64,000 bases of DNA from Nitrososphaeria archaeon (GTDB taxonomy: Archaea > Thermoproteota > Nitrososphaeria > JACIWG01): NCBI GenBank assembly GCA_963752255.1, contig CAVVXT010000003.1, positions 32,001 through 96,000 of the forward strand, in the 5' to 3' direction. The translations under genes were made by a program, and so were the position numbers. Numbering within the stretch: position 1 is the stretch's first letter; every line of letters starts with the position of its first letter. The notes beneath the pieces are model-generated. The model saw only the letters and a program-made list of their open reading frames with translations. It was not told where the DNA came from and ran no database searches. Below are positions 10,694-21,084 of the stretch, piece after piece.

Positions 10694-11407
10694 ATGCCGC
10701 AAGAAAAAAGAAATCAAGATGAATATCTGCCCAAAGAAATTACAAGTGAGGAAATGAAATTCATCGAAGAGAATGCAGAAAAAATGGGTTTTGATCGTAA
10801 GCTAATGATGGAAAACGCGGGTACAGGAACTTCTGATTTTATATCTACGAAGACAGATGTTCTGGGAAAGAGGGCACTTATTATTTGTGGCACTGGTAAC
10901 AATGGTGGAGACGGCTTCGTTACAGCCAGACATCTAGTAAATCTTGGTGCAAAACCTAAAATGGTATTGATCGGAAATCCATCTAACATAAGGACATATG
11001 AATCCCAAGCTAACTGGTCAATATTAACTCAGATGAAAGATGTTAAGATACTTACTATAGTTGATGTCTCTCAACTTTCAGACTTTACAGAAGAGCTGAA
11101 AAAATGCGATTTCATAGTTGACGCTATGCTAGGTACTGGAGTAAAAGGGGCCCTAAGAGATCCATTTCTATCGATAGTAGTTGCCATAAATAATTCAAAT
11201 AAGCTAGTATTTGCCGTTGACACTCCTACAGGATTGGACCCCTCAACAGGTGAAATATGTGGTGTAGCAGTGAAGGCGAATTACACTATAACGTTTCATA
11301 AGATGAAAAAAGGTTTTGGGCAAAGAAAAGAGTATATAGGCGAGGTTTTTGTTAGAGAGATCGGAATACCTCCTGAAGCTGAACTTGAATCATTTTTTTC
11401 ATGTTAA
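10694..11407 (+). CDS. nnrE: NAD(P)H-hydrate epimerase (YjeF N-domain)
   Basis: LMMENAG, GNNGGDG, VDAMLGTG, DTPTG, IGIP. Confidence 0.9.
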   Translation: MPQEKRNQDEYLPKEITSEEMKFIEENAEKMGFDRKLMMENAGTGTSDFISTKTDVLGKRALIICGTGNNGGDGFVTARHLVNLGAKPKMVLIGNPSNIRTYESQANWSILTQMKDVKILTIVDVSQLSDFTEELKKCDFIVDAMLGTGVKGALRDPFLSIVVAINNSNKLVFAVDTPTGLDPSTGEICGVAVKANYTITFHKMKKGFGQRKEYIGEVFVREIGIPPEAELESFFSC

Positions 11408-11585
11408 ATACACTCTAAGGAACAGGATTTCCAAACGTACAATTTTGGAAAAGAGCTACACAAATAGGTTATGTTCTCTAAACCTTCCGCTTTTAAGAGA
11501 TCAAACGTTTTACAAATTAAAATCTATGCAATTGACCTAAATAATTATATCTGGTTTGTCAAGTATGTATTGGACAGTGAATGCT

Positions 11586-12875
11586 ATGAGCGCAATAAAG
11601 GAAGTTCACGCAAGAGAAGTATTTGATTTGAAGAATCTGCCTGCAGTAGAAGTGGAAGTGCTACTTGATGATGGCAGCGAAGGCAAAGCAATTGCACCCT
11701 CAGGAACTTCAAGGGGAAGTAATGAATCATGTGATCTTAGGGATGGCGATGAGAAATACTTCAATGGTATGGGTGTTTCCAAAGCCATCTACAATGTGAA
11801 CACTCTTATTGCCAAGAAACTTAGAGGTGAGGATTCAACAGACCAGGAACATATAGATGATTTGATGATCGAGCTTGATGGAACAGAGGACAAATCCAAG
11901 CTAGGTGGAAATGCTATAATTGCTTCTTCGATAGCAAATGCCAAAGCGGCAGCTGAATCTTTAGGAGTTCCCCTTTTCGAGCATCTTGGTGCAGGGAAGG
12001 TTATTCCAATTGCTTGGTTCTTGGTCATGGTAGGCGGACCAATATATGCAGGAGAAAAAGTTAAAACTTCAGATATTCAAGAGTTTGCATATTATGATGT
12101 ACACTCAAAAAGCTTTAGAGAAGGGTACGAAACAACATTATATGTATACAGGAAATTACGTGAGCTATTAGAAAAAAAGAAAGGTTACGCTCTTCCAAGG
12201 CTTGGAGGCGGTTGGCTTGCTCCCGTATTCTCATCAAATGACGAGGCTTTATCTGTTGCAACCGATGCAATAGAAAAAGCAGGTTTCATGCCTGGAAAAG
12301 ATTTTGTTATATACATTGATGTTGCGGCAACGCACCTGTATAAAGGAGGTAAATATCATCTAAACGCAGACAATAGGAAACTCTCAAGCGAAGAGATGGT
12401 TAACTTTTTGGAGGACGTACGCCGCAAATATCCTGTCATCAGTATGGAGGACTGTCTTAGTGAAGAAGATTGGGAGGGATGGAAGCTCATAACGAAAAGG
12501 CTCGGCAAAAGGACGCAGTTGGTTGGTGATGATCTATTTACAACGAATCCGAAACGACTTAAGAAAGGTATAGAAATGGGTGTTGCAAACGCGATCATAA
12601 TTAAACCGAATCAGATAGGGACCCTATCAGAAACTATTCAAACTATAAAGATCGCGAAAGCTGCTGGATACGGTACAATGCCGTCCGCACGTTCGGGAGA
12701 AATAGGTGATCCATTCCTAAGTCATCTAATTGTAGGACAGAGTCTGGGTCAAGGTAAACTAGCCTGGTTCGACGGAGACGATCATATAAGATTCAATGAA
12801 TTACTTAGAATAGAAGAACAACTAGGAAGTAAAGGTAGATATATTGGTCGTAATGTTCTCTTAAGATTTCTTTAA
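11586..12875 (+). CDS. Enolase-family protein, divergent paralog (activity uncertain)
   Basis: LGGNAI, DIQEF, LVGDDLFTTN and IKPNQIG present, but GDEGG, NGGxH and SHRS motifs are altered. Confidence 0.85.
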   Translation: MSAIKEVHAREVFDLKNLPAVEVEVLLDDGSEGKAIAPSGTSRGSNESCDLRDGDEKYFNGMGVSKAIYNVNTLIAKKLRGEDSTDQEHIDDLMIELDGTEDKSKLGGNAIIASSIANAKAAAESLGVPLFEHLGAGKVIPIAWFLVMVGGPIYAGEKVKTSDIQEFAYYDVHSKSFREGYETTLYVYRKLRELLEKKKGYALPRLGGGWLAPVFSSNDEALSVATDAIEKAGFMPGKDFVIYIDVAATHLYKGGKYHLNADNRKLSSEEMVNFLEDVRRKYPVISMEDCLSEEDWEGWKLITKRLGKRTQLVGDDLFTTNPKRLKKGIEMGVANAIIIKPNQIGTLSETIQTIKIAKAAGYGTMPSARSGEIGDPFLSHLIVGQSLGQGKLAWFDGDDHIRFNELLRIEEQLGSKGRYIGRNVLLRFL

Positions 12876-12977
12876 AATTCTGAAGAAAGAGGTAGATTAT
12901 TTGATATGTCAATAAGTTATTTGATTTGCAAATAATAATGTTAAGATAGTTGTCAGACACAAAGATGGTAGTGGAAA

Positions 12978-13403
12978 ATGATTAAGCACGAAAGAAGGAG
13001 ACGCAAGAGCTATGTAGCTAAATTGAAGCTCGAATATGATACTGATAGTTATAAAAGGGAGGAATTTCCAATGACACAGTACACTCAGGCAGAACAGGCG
13101 CTTATTAGGGAACTTACAAAAAAAGGTGTGGAATATGTAACTCAGGTTCCTTTTGAAAGAAAAAACGAACAGACAATAAAAGGTGAACCAAAGCAGTATA
13201 TTGCAGATATTCTAATTAAGAATACGAAAATTATATTTGAAATAGAAGGCAGTAAATCCTCGAGTTCTGATAATCCGAAGAGAGATAGCTTCTTTAAAGA
13301 AAAGGGGTATCAGATCATCCATATTCCAAACGAATTAGCTATGAAATATCCCTCAACACTATCGGAATTAATAAAAGCCTTTACAAATAAAATCTCCATT
13401 TGA
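12978..13403 (+). CDS. DUF559/Vsr-like endonuclease (start possibly 13071)
   Basis: AEQAL..TQVPF..YIADI..IFEIEG..KRDSFF..GYQIIHI. Confidence 0.75.
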   Translation: MIKHERRRRKSYVAKLKLEYDTDSYKREEFPMTQYTQAEQALIRELTKKGVEYVTQVPFERKNEQTIKGEPKQYIADILIKNTKIIFEIEGSKSSSSDNPKRDSFFKEKGYQIIHIPNELAMKYPSTLSELIKAFTNKISI

Positions 13404-13423
13404 TTGTCTTTTTTGTTTTTTCA

Positions 13424-15157
13424 TTAATATGAGGGGACACCAGGAAAAACCTCTTTCTTGGTCCTGCGAACTAGCCCTATTGGAGCATATTCCCTTTTAT
13501 CAGTCACGACATCAACTATAGCAGGTTTTCCTGAGTCAAAGGCACCATTGATAGCTTCAGCTATTTCACTTGGTCTATCAACCCTTACCCCATAGCATCC
13601 AAAAGCTTCAGCGATTTTCGCATAGTTGAGTTCAGTGAAGTCTGCATGATTGATTTTAAAATCTCCTTTAAGCGCCCAATTTTCAAAGGGAGGTCTCGTC
13701 TGGCCAAGGCTTGAGTTGTTATTGACTAGAGCTACAAATGGAACATGCATGTCTTTGCATCTCTTAGCCGTCTCGAGTTCTGAAATGTTGTAGAGTATAC
13801 CGCCGTCTCCTATCAAATTTAGAACTCTCTGACCCTCTTTCGCTCCAAAAGAGACACCTATAGCTAAGGCAAAACTAGAACCCAATGTTCCGCCACATGG
13901 GATATAGGTCATTCCGGCTTTCTTTACCTTCATTAATCTTGTTGTCCAGCAAAGCATCTGACCTGTGTCGCTCACTACGATGTCTTCTGATTTGAGTGAT
14001 TTCTCAACCTCTTTTATCATGCGTTGAGGCTTAATTGGAATTTCTTCTGAAGCCATCATGAGACTAATTAAATTTTCATACCTTAGATACTCTTTAGCTA
14101 TTTCCTGTAGCCTTGCACTTTTTAAAACAGGCTTCCTAATCATTGTCCTCAAAGTTTCTAAAAGATCATTTAATACAACCTTGCAATCACCTATTAAAGC
14201 TACATCAGCTCTGTACTTTCTTCCAATAACAACCGGGTCGATGTCCAATTGTACGATTTTACATGAGTCAGGCTCCGGTGCAGTGAACTCTTCTGTAGTG
14301 TGACTGTCAGGTCTTATTGAAATAAAGAATACTAAGTCAGCTTCCCTAATTATTTGGTTAGTGACTTCCCTGCCGTAGACTCCCATAACACCAATTGAGA
14401 GAGGGTGCTCTTCTGGGAAACTGCCTTTTCCTTTATAGTTTGTTGCAACAGGTGCTGAAATTAATTCTGCAAGTTCTTTTACTTCATTGTAGGCGTCCGA
14501 AAGATGTACCCCTGAGCCACATATTATGACGGGTCTTTCAGCTGAAATTAAAAGTTTGGCGGCGTCATGCACCTTTCCGGGTTCGGCTCTAGGGCGGAAG
14601 GGTGGAACTTTAAAGAATGTTTTATCGCCGCGCACCTCTTGCATTTCTGCAACATCAGAAGCCATATCTAAATGCATGTTTACATGAGTTGGCCCTGGGC
14701 ATCCACTCACCGCGATCTGGATCGCAGCGCGCAGGTATTCTCCTATCCTGGATATATCAGTGACGTCCGCATTAAATTTACACGTGGCTTCGAAATATGG
14801 CATTTCAGGACAGTCTTGATACTGCCATAGATCTCTTAAAAGTGTTGGAACTGAGCCAGTAAAAGCAACTACTGGACTATGCGCATACATCGGTTCATAA
14901 AGCATGGAGGCAAGAATCGCAGCAGCAGCGCCATGTTGTGAATAACAGACAGAAGGTTTTCTTGTTACTCTTGAATAACCATCAGCCATATTACAGGCAG
15001 CCTTTTCGTTTCTACATAAAACCATTTTTGTCCCCTCTTTCTCAATAGACGACGAAATCAACATGCCGCCAGTAACATAAAAGAAGTGATCGATACCGCA
15101 TTCTTTGATGGCTTTGGCGACAGCTATCTCACCACTCAAATTTTTCCCCTTAATCAT
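13424..15157 (-). CDS. ThDP-dependent enzyme (acetolactate synthase-like family)
   Basis: RNE catalytic Glu; GDGG...NN ThDP motif; three-domain length. Confidence 0.9.
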   Translation of the reverse strand: MIKGKNLSGEIAVAKAIKECGIDHFFYVTGGMLISSSIEKEGTKMVLCRNEKAACNMADGYSRVTRKPSVCYSQHGAAAAILASMLYEPMYAHSPVVAFTGSVPTLLRDLWQYQDCPEMPYFEATCKFNADVTDISRIGEYLRAAIQIAVSGCPGPTHVNMHLDMASDVAEMQEVRGDKTFFKVPPFRPRAEPGKVHDAAKLLISAERPVIICGSGVHLSDAYNEVKELAELISAPVATNYKGKGSFPEEHPLSIGVMGVYGREVTNQIIREADLVFFISIRPDSHTTEEFTAPEPDSCKIVQLDIDPVVIGRKYRADVALIGDCKVVLNDLLETLRTMIRKPVLKSARLQEIAKEYLRYENLISLMMASEEIPIKPQRMIKEVEKSLKSEDIVVSDTGQMLCWTTRLMKVKKAGMTYIPCGGTLGSSFALAIGVSFGAKEGQRVLNLIGDGGILYNISELETAKRCKDMHVPFVALVNNNSSLGQTRPPFENWALKGDFKINHADFTELNYAKIAEAFGCYGVRVDRPSEIAEAINGAFDSGKPAIVDVVTDKREYAPIGLVRRTKKEVFPGVPSY

Positions 15158-15294
15158 CCAAACCAGTATATTACGCTATACATCTTTTAGTATTAAGTCT
15201 TATCCACTTTTTTAGAACGATTTTTTTCATTTGGTCAAGTAAACATGATAAAATACCACATCGCACATTATGCACTACGAAACTATTGCATTGA

Positions 15295-16149
15295 TCATCC
15301 CATATAAAGTCCTGCGCATACATTAATGTCTTGACCGGTGATCTTACTTGCTTCATCAGAAGCTAAGAAGAGTGCCATATATGCTACGTCGTCGTGGGAA
15401 ATAAGTGCTTCACTATAACCTTCCCCTGCTAGATACCTTCCTCCGAGCACTCCCCTCCTACGTTGTTCTTCGAGCTTTGTTCGAAATTCTTCAGCATTGA
15501 AAGATTTGCCTTGTAACTCGGCTAGATCTCTTGCCATCTCTAAATTTCGCTCTCCACCTGGTAAACCAGGGCAGATAGCATTAACCGTTATGTTGAATTT
15601 GCCTACTTCCACCGCTAACGTGCGTGTGAACCCTATTATCCCCATTTTTGATGTTGCATAGGGTGTTCTATGTGGTAGTGGATTTTTCCCTGTGATAGAA
15701 CTCATATTTATTATTCGACCACTCTTCCTTTCGATCATCTCTGGAAGCACTGCTTTGGTACATAAAAAGGTTCCATTAATGTTAACAGATAAGGTTCGAT
15801 TCCATTCCTCCAAAGTAACATTCCAACAGTCTTTTGTCGGACCAGTTATTCCGACATTATTAACCAAAATGTCTATCCTACCAAATTGTTTAATGGTTTC
15901 CTTCACCATATTGTTAACCTGATCTTCTTTTGAGACATCAACATTTAAACAGATAACCTTATGGTTGTTTGCCTTAATTTTTGACCCAACTCTATTCCAA
16001 AGGTCCTCGACAGGAATCATATCTGATATTGAAACCGCTGCACCTTCTTTTGAAAACAATTTTGCCATAGCTTCCCCGAACCCCCTGCCACATCCTGTTA
16101 TAATTGCCACCTTTCCGTCCAATCTTCCCATTAGATTCCCCAAGAACAT
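15295..16149 (-). CDS. SDR-family oxidoreductase (start possibly 16131)
   Basis: TGCGRGFG, LVNNVG, YATSK, ITGQDINV. Confidence 0.92.
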   Translation of the reverse strand: MFLGNLMGRLDGKVAIITGCGRGFGEAMAKLFSKEGAAVSISDMIPVEDLWNRVGSKIKANNHKVICLNVDVSKEDQVNNMVKETIKQFGRIDILVNNVGITGPTKDCWNVTLEEWNRTLSVNINGTFLCTKAVLPEMIERKSGRIINMSSITGKNPLPHRTPYATSKMGIIGFTRTLAVEVGKFNITVNAICPGLPGGERNLEMARDLAELQGKSFNAEEFRTKLEEQRRRGVLGGRYLAGEGYSEALISHDDVAYMALFLASDEASKITGQDINVCAGLYMG

Positions 16150-16240
16150 ACTATGATTAGAATTATAAATCTTGTCTATCTTTTATGTCTCTAGAATAGA
16201 TATGACATTGAAAAAAGATATTTTTCTTTCTTCAAAGCAG

Positions 16241-16921
16241 TTAAAGAGCCGGTGTGTCTTTGTTCAAACCAATTATTTGGATATCTATAGGTATCTTGTC
16301 TTGAATTGAGCTAAAATATTTATCCATAGTAAAAAATCTTTGGCAACCTAACTTTATTGAAATTAGAACGTGTATCAGGTCAGGAGCATTCAGCCCTTTG
16401 TACACAATCTTACTATCCGATTTACATTTGCTACATGATAATTGTTCATTGCATGATGAACAATAGTAGCCGTATACTCGAAAAGTACCAAATGATCCTA
16501 TGATTAAATCTAAACAATTTCGAAACATATCCTCTGAGTAAGACCGCCCAGGTTCTTCAAAGTAAAAATGTTTAGTGTCACGGCTCAGTTTATCGACAAT
16601 ATCACGAAAATATTCTTGGCTTTTCTCAGTAACTTGTTCCAAGAATTCTTTAGAATTAGCCATCTTAAAAAGCTGGTTTTTTGCCAATCCTTTTTCTTGC
16701 TCTCTGAAAGTTTCTTCGGTGACGATACTTCTTAAAGCATGTAGAGTTTCTGCTAGGACAAAGTTTGAGATTACGATTTTATATTTTCCTTCAATAGCAT
16801 TATTAAACAACTCCTCAACAGCTGCAAAATCTTCTTCTTTTAGGTTTCGCTTCTTACCTAACAAATATGTAATCAATATATTAGTGTCGACGTACACTTT
16901 TTCGAGATCGGGACTTTTCAT
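16241..16921 (-). CDS. PIN-domain (VapC-like) nuclease with inserted Zn ribbon
   Basis: VDTN, LAE, PDLIH and TMD acidic quartet; CSSC-x5-CSKC insert. Confidence 0.8.
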   Translation of the reverse strand: MKSPDLEKVYVDTNILITYLLGKKRNLKEEDFAAVEELFNNAIEGKYKIVISNFVLAETLHALRSIVTEETFREQEKGLAKNQLFKMANSKEFLEQVTEKSQEYFRDIVDKLSRDTKHFYFEEPGRSYSEDMFRNCLDLIIGSFGTFRVYGYYCSSCNEQLSCSKCKSDSKIVYKGLNAPDLIHVLISIKLGCQRFFTMDKYFSSIQDKIPIDIQIIGLNKDTPAL

Positions 16922-17340
16922 TCATTATCCCGTATTCTCCTTACTATCTCGACGACATCCATTTTCTCGCTAGTCACTCCTGATATTAACCCATCTAAAG
17001 ATGTAATTGTCCCAGAATCTTCTTCAAAGTTTGCAGGTAAACCGAGGAGTAATCGTAATTTGAGCCTTGAAAAATAATCCATGCTACTTAATGGATGAAG
17101 AAAGGTAAACATCTGTCTTTCAATCTCTGACTTCCTCTCTTCTAGTTCGACTATACGACTAGGAATCACTAATGTCATAAGTATGTCAGACAGTTCCTTA
17201 CTAAAGTTTGGAACTTTCTCAAAATTACCTATCTTGGAAATGACTTCCTGTATATCAAACATTTTCTGTTGAGTTAATTGTATTATTTTTAGAAGACATT
17301 TATTAAAATTTTCAGAATAATTGTATAAACTGCACATCAT
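16918..17340 (-). CDS. Hypothetical protein, putative antitoxin
   Basis: ATGA overlap with PIN gene; C-terminal DVVEIVRRIRD resembles archaeal VapB tails. Confidence 0.55.
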   Translation of the reverse strand: MMCSLYNYSENFNKCLLKIIQLTQQKMFDIQEVISKIGNFEKVPNFSKELSDILMTLVIPSRIVELEERKSEIERQMFTFLHPLSSMDYFSRLKLRLLLGLPANFEEDSGTITSLDGLISGVTSEKMDVVEIVRRIRDNE

Positions 17341-17341
17341 A

Positions 17342-17713
17342 TCACTCCTTGGGCCCCTCTTTCCATAGTTTGATTAGTTCTTCTGCATCCTTTGCTATTT
17401 CTTTCATCTGCTTACCTGTTGTAATTTTTTCATCTGGGGTCGCTTTATATGGATCTGTTTTATTCAAGGCAGATGCGCGGAAGATGATTTTTAAAAACAG
17501 CGCTAACATTTCAGGAGGCATTACTTGAACTATTTTCTCAACATTTGCTTTATCGCTCAAAAACTCCGTCATGTTAGTGATCGTAATATTAGCTTTCTTC
17601 TCAACCTCTCCCATTTTGATAAGATAGTCTCCCATGGAATCTATGACTAAAGAAAAAGCCTCCAAAAATTCCCTAAAACCTTCGCTTGCCTCAAATTTGT
17701 TGATTTCTGCCAT
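17342..17713 (-). CDS. Hypothetical helical protein, first gene of the PIN operon
   Basis: 123-aa ORF with SD-like GAAGGA; ends 1 nt from the next ORF. Confidence 0.7.
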   Translation of the reverse strand: MAEINKFEASEGFREFLEAFSLVIDSMGDYLIKMGEVEKKANITITNMTEFLSDKANVEKIVQVMPPEMLALFLKIIFRASALNKTDPYKATPDEKITTGKQMKEIAKDAEELIKLWKEGPKE

Positions 17714-18010
17714 ATCCTTCTTCTACTTAAATAAAGAATGTAAACAATATATAAATATTGTTCATACATAATTTTATTGGATAATGTCATTTCCGATTTA
17801 CAAAAAATCGTTGCAGAATCATAAAATAAAATTTACGCTTACGCGAAATCTTTTCATTTATCTAAATATTGTAGGAGTTATTAAACCCAAAGAACTATAA
17901 TTTCTTGGCTCTTCAACTTGAATGTGCTTCTTTTTATATATTATCGCGCCAATTTGGTGTTCTTGAAAAAAATTTTTTAAGATAGAGATCGACAACTCCG
18001 GTGACTCTAA

Positions 18011-18490
18011 TTGTTCGGCGTGACAATAATCAGGAATCCCAAGATAAGATTCAGAAATTTTACCGATTACTTCAAAGGGTTTGAAAAAGTTGAGGCTGTG
18101 AAAAAAATATTTGGTAACGACACAACAAAGGTCCTTGATAAATTAAAAGTTGAATTCTTCTCCTCAAGATTCTCATATATGGGTGTAAGTAATGAAGACG
18201 GGCATCTGATGGTAAGTACATACTATCTCAGTCACGGTAACGAGAGGGACATTTACCTAGATGTAATCCATGAACTAGTTCATGTTAGACAGTTTTTAGA
18301 AGGAAAAGAACTTTTCGACGACAGGTATGCATATGTTGATAGGCCAACAGAAATAGAAGCGTACAGCATTGCCGTCTTTGAAGCTAAAAGAATAGGATTG
18401 ACTAACATAGAAATTTTAGAATATCTTAAAACAGAGTGGATGAGTGAAAAAGATCTGTCAAAACTTTCTAATATTTTCAATCTTGCCTAA
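18011..18490 (+). CDS. Small HEXXH gluzincin-like protein
   Basis: IHELVHVRQ ... PTEIEAY. Confidence 0.75.
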   Translation: MFGVTIIRNPKIRFRNFTDYFKGFEKVEAVKKIFGNDTTKVLDKLKVEFFSSRFSYMGVSNEDGHLMVSTYYLSHGNERDIYLDVIHELVHVRQFLEGKELFDDRYAYVDRPTEIEAYSIAVFEAKRIGLTNIEILEYLKTEWMSEKDLSKLSNIFNLA

Positions 18491-18668
18491 AATAAAGTCA
18501 AATTAATTTACTGCAGACATACCTACGCATTCTGGTATAAATAAATCAAATTTCCAATTTAAAAATTGTTAAAATTACCTATATGTGTTATAACCTAAAG
18601 CTATCAAACAAAAGCCTTAAATGAATATACTTTAGACTATACGCGATAGAAATCAAGGTTGAGAAATT

Positions 18669-19163
18669 TTGTCAGAAAATGTTCAAGGAAATAGACAGCC
18701 AGTAAATGCGAAAATAGGAGAATTGACGCCAAATTCGAGAGCGGTAAATGTCACGGCAAAGGTGATATCAAAGAGTGAAGTCAGAGATATTGCATCAGGT
18801 AGGGATGGTGCCCCACACAGAGTGTGTGATGCGCTAATAGGCGATGAGACAGGAGTCGTATTTTTAACTCTTTGGGACGACAACATAGAAAAAGTGAATG
18901 TAGATGCGACAATAAGCATAGGAAATGGCTACGTCAACCTCTTTAAGGGAAACATGCGGTTAAACATCGGTAGACTTGGCACATTGGAACCTGCTAAAGA
19001 ACCTTTTGCAGGTGAAGTTAAAACCGATAATAATATGTCGGATAAAGTCTACGAACAAGAATACCGTCCCTATAGGGGAGGAGGCCGCGGTGGATACGGC
19101 GGCGGAGGAGGTTACGGCGGCAGAGGATACGGCGGCGGCGGTTACAGGCAAAGAAGATACTAA
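18669..19163 (+). CDS. ssb: Single-OB-fold ssDNA-binding protein with RGG tail
   Basis: IGDETG..LTLW, NGYV..FKG..RLNIGR; Gly/Arg/Tyr-rich C-terminal tail. Confidence 0.9.
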   Translation: MSENVQGNRQPVNAKIGELTPNSRAVNVTAKVISKSEVRDIASGRDGAPHRVCDALIGDETGVVFLTLWDDNIEKVNVDATISIGNGYVNLFKGNMRLNIGRLGTLEPAKEPFAGEVKTDNNMSDKVYEQEYRPYRGGGRGGYGGGGGYGGRGYGGGGYRQRRY

Positions 19164-19644
19164 TAATATCATCTTATTTTTCCCTATTTCTTTTTATGCT
19201 AATATTGCCATTTTAGCTTAAAGCTTAAGAAAAGTTTTTGTTACAATTAAATTGAAATTGCGAATGACTGGTTTAAACGCCATCTTTTATTAAGAGAAAT
19301 TTTACGATATTCATACTAGGCAAACGATATGTTTTCTATTCTACTTCCGCTATTTGTCTAAATAAATTTGGCACATCTTTCAGAGTCTTGGATTGAGGCT
19401 TCTTTAATGTTTCAATAATGAGTTTATCGGAGTTTCTTAAAGATTTTTAAGCACATGTCCATTTATTAAAGTCTTATTTTTTTAAAAGATTTTCAAGCGC
19501 CTTAGATTGAGCAAACCCCATTCCATCACTGTGCTCATAGCTAGCCAGAAGTTCAGGAGGTATTGTTGCGTAGGTAATAAGGCGTCTAAAGAGTGTCAAC
19601 TTTGGATTCTATGCTTTTCATATTTTATCTTTGGCACTTCCAGT

Positions 19645-20406
19645 TTATTGATTATGATATCCATTAAAGTTCCACTTTTCATTCTTATATTTTTCTACTA
19701 CTTTTTGGGCAAGGTTAATTTCAATTTTTTCAAGAGGGCTTTTCTCAAACTTCACATTTAATGCTCTTCCAAACCCTTTTATGAGGGCATCAATAACTTC
19801 TTCTTTAGTAACTTTTCGATTTAGCTCCCGCGAAATTGTTGTCACCCGGTCAAATATGGTATCTACACCATGCCTAGTCAACTTCCCTTTAGGCACTCTT
19901 AAAAGTTTACCTAACGTAAAAATATCGGTGTCATACAGGACTGTTCCATGTTGCAGAATAGCGTTTTTCCTTCTTATTTGCGCACTCCCTGATATCTTCC
20001 TACTATTTACAACGACGTCGTTGATTGGTTCAAATCTTGCTTGAAGCTTAAACTCTTTAAGCGCATATACTATACCGCTGCATATTTTCGCGAATGTCTC
20101 CTGTATGTCTAATGGCATGTCATCAATGCGGGCAACAATACTATATGTTATTTCACCTTTTTGATCGTGATATACAGCGCCACCTCCTGTAATTCTTCTC
20201 ACTACAGATATCATGTGTTTATCAGCAAATTCTCTATCAACTACCTCATCAATTTTTTGAGAATATCCGATAGTTATAGCACTTGGTGAGAAAACGTATA
20301 ATCTAAGAGTGTTTGGACTTTTTTCTTTCCCCTTTAGGTTTAAGATCGATTCATCAAGAGCCATGTTCTCCTCAGCAGTGCCTTCATTGACTATTAAGCG
20401 CCACAT
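19645..20406 (-). CDS. lplA: Lipoate-protein ligase A catalytic domain
   Basis: NMALDE, RRITGGGAVYHD, KISGSAQ, LQHGT. Confidence 0.92.
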   Translation of the reverse strand: MWRLIVNEGTAEENMALDESILNLKGKEKSPNTLRLYVFSPSAITIGYSQKIDEVVDREFADKHMISVVRRITGGGAVYHDQKGEITYSIVARIDDMPLDIQETFAKICSGIVYALKEFKLQARFEPINDVVVNSRKISGSAQIRRKNAILQHGTVLYDTDIFTLGKLLRVPKGKLTRHGVDTIFDRVTTISRELNRKVTKEEVIDALIKGFGRALNVKFEKSPLEKIEINLAQKVVEKYKNEKWNFNGYHNQ

Positions 20407-20477
20407 GTGGCAGATAGAAATACGATCATGTTTAAACCTTTTCAGCGTATAATCCCACTTTCTTGCATATACTCTTT

Positions 20478-20564
20478 GAAGTACTGGAAAAGGAGATTCC
20501 TAAGATTTCGGAAATAGAGAAGATAGTTAAAGGACCCAAACAAAGAAAGCAAGAGATTGACTAA
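20478..20564 (+). repeat. Dispersed 87-bp repeat, copy 1 (start-less coiled-coil C-terminal gene relic)
   Basis: Ungapped 70/87 nt match to 36159-36245 by manual alignment; reads EVLEKEIPKISEIEKIVK...*. Confidence 0.75.
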
Positions 20565-20575
20565 TCCATACTTTT

Positions 20576-20959
20576 TTATTCTTCTTTCTTATAAGAACCT
20601 TCTTTCAAAAACTTTGCTAGTTGAGTAAATATAGGATTATTTTCTAATTTCTTTAACTTTATATGGCGAGAGCCACCGCTTTCCACAATTACCTCTGGTT
20701 TATAATTTGGGTAAAGAGCAAACTCAACAGCAGCGTAATGTAATATTCCTTTCAACTTATCCTCTATGATTTCTGGAGTATCAGGAAAAGGAGAACTTGA
20801 TAATATAACACCATCTACCCAATTTAATTCGGGAATAGTATATCCTGAACCTCTTGATAAAACTGCTTGAATAACAGATGCAAAAAATTCTTCAGGTTTA
20901 TCTTCTATTATTTCGTGAATAACTAATTCCTTCCAATGTTGATAAGTTATTTTAAACAT
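20576..20959 (-). CDS. Hypothetical protein
   Basis: 127-aa ORF with globular composition and TATA-like upstream sequence. Confidence 0.75.
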   Translation of the reverse strand: MFKITYQHWKELVIHEIIEDKPEEFFASVIQAVLSRGSGYTIPELNWVDGVILSSSPFPDTPEIIEDKLKGILHYAAVEFALYPNYKPEVIVESGGSRHIKLKKLENNPIFTQLAKFLKEGSYKKEE

Positions 20960-21084
20960 ATTTTAAAAATTGTATAACCTTCTTATAAACTTTTATTATT
21001 AAATTTTCAGATAGTATGTTATTGACTACTTTCTATCTGAAAAAAAGTAAATCTATTTTTTATTTTAATGACGAATTTTGACTT

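Noticed and set aside
19075-19150. GC-rich repeats at the end of ssb
   Set aside because: Ordinary RGG/GYGG tail codons
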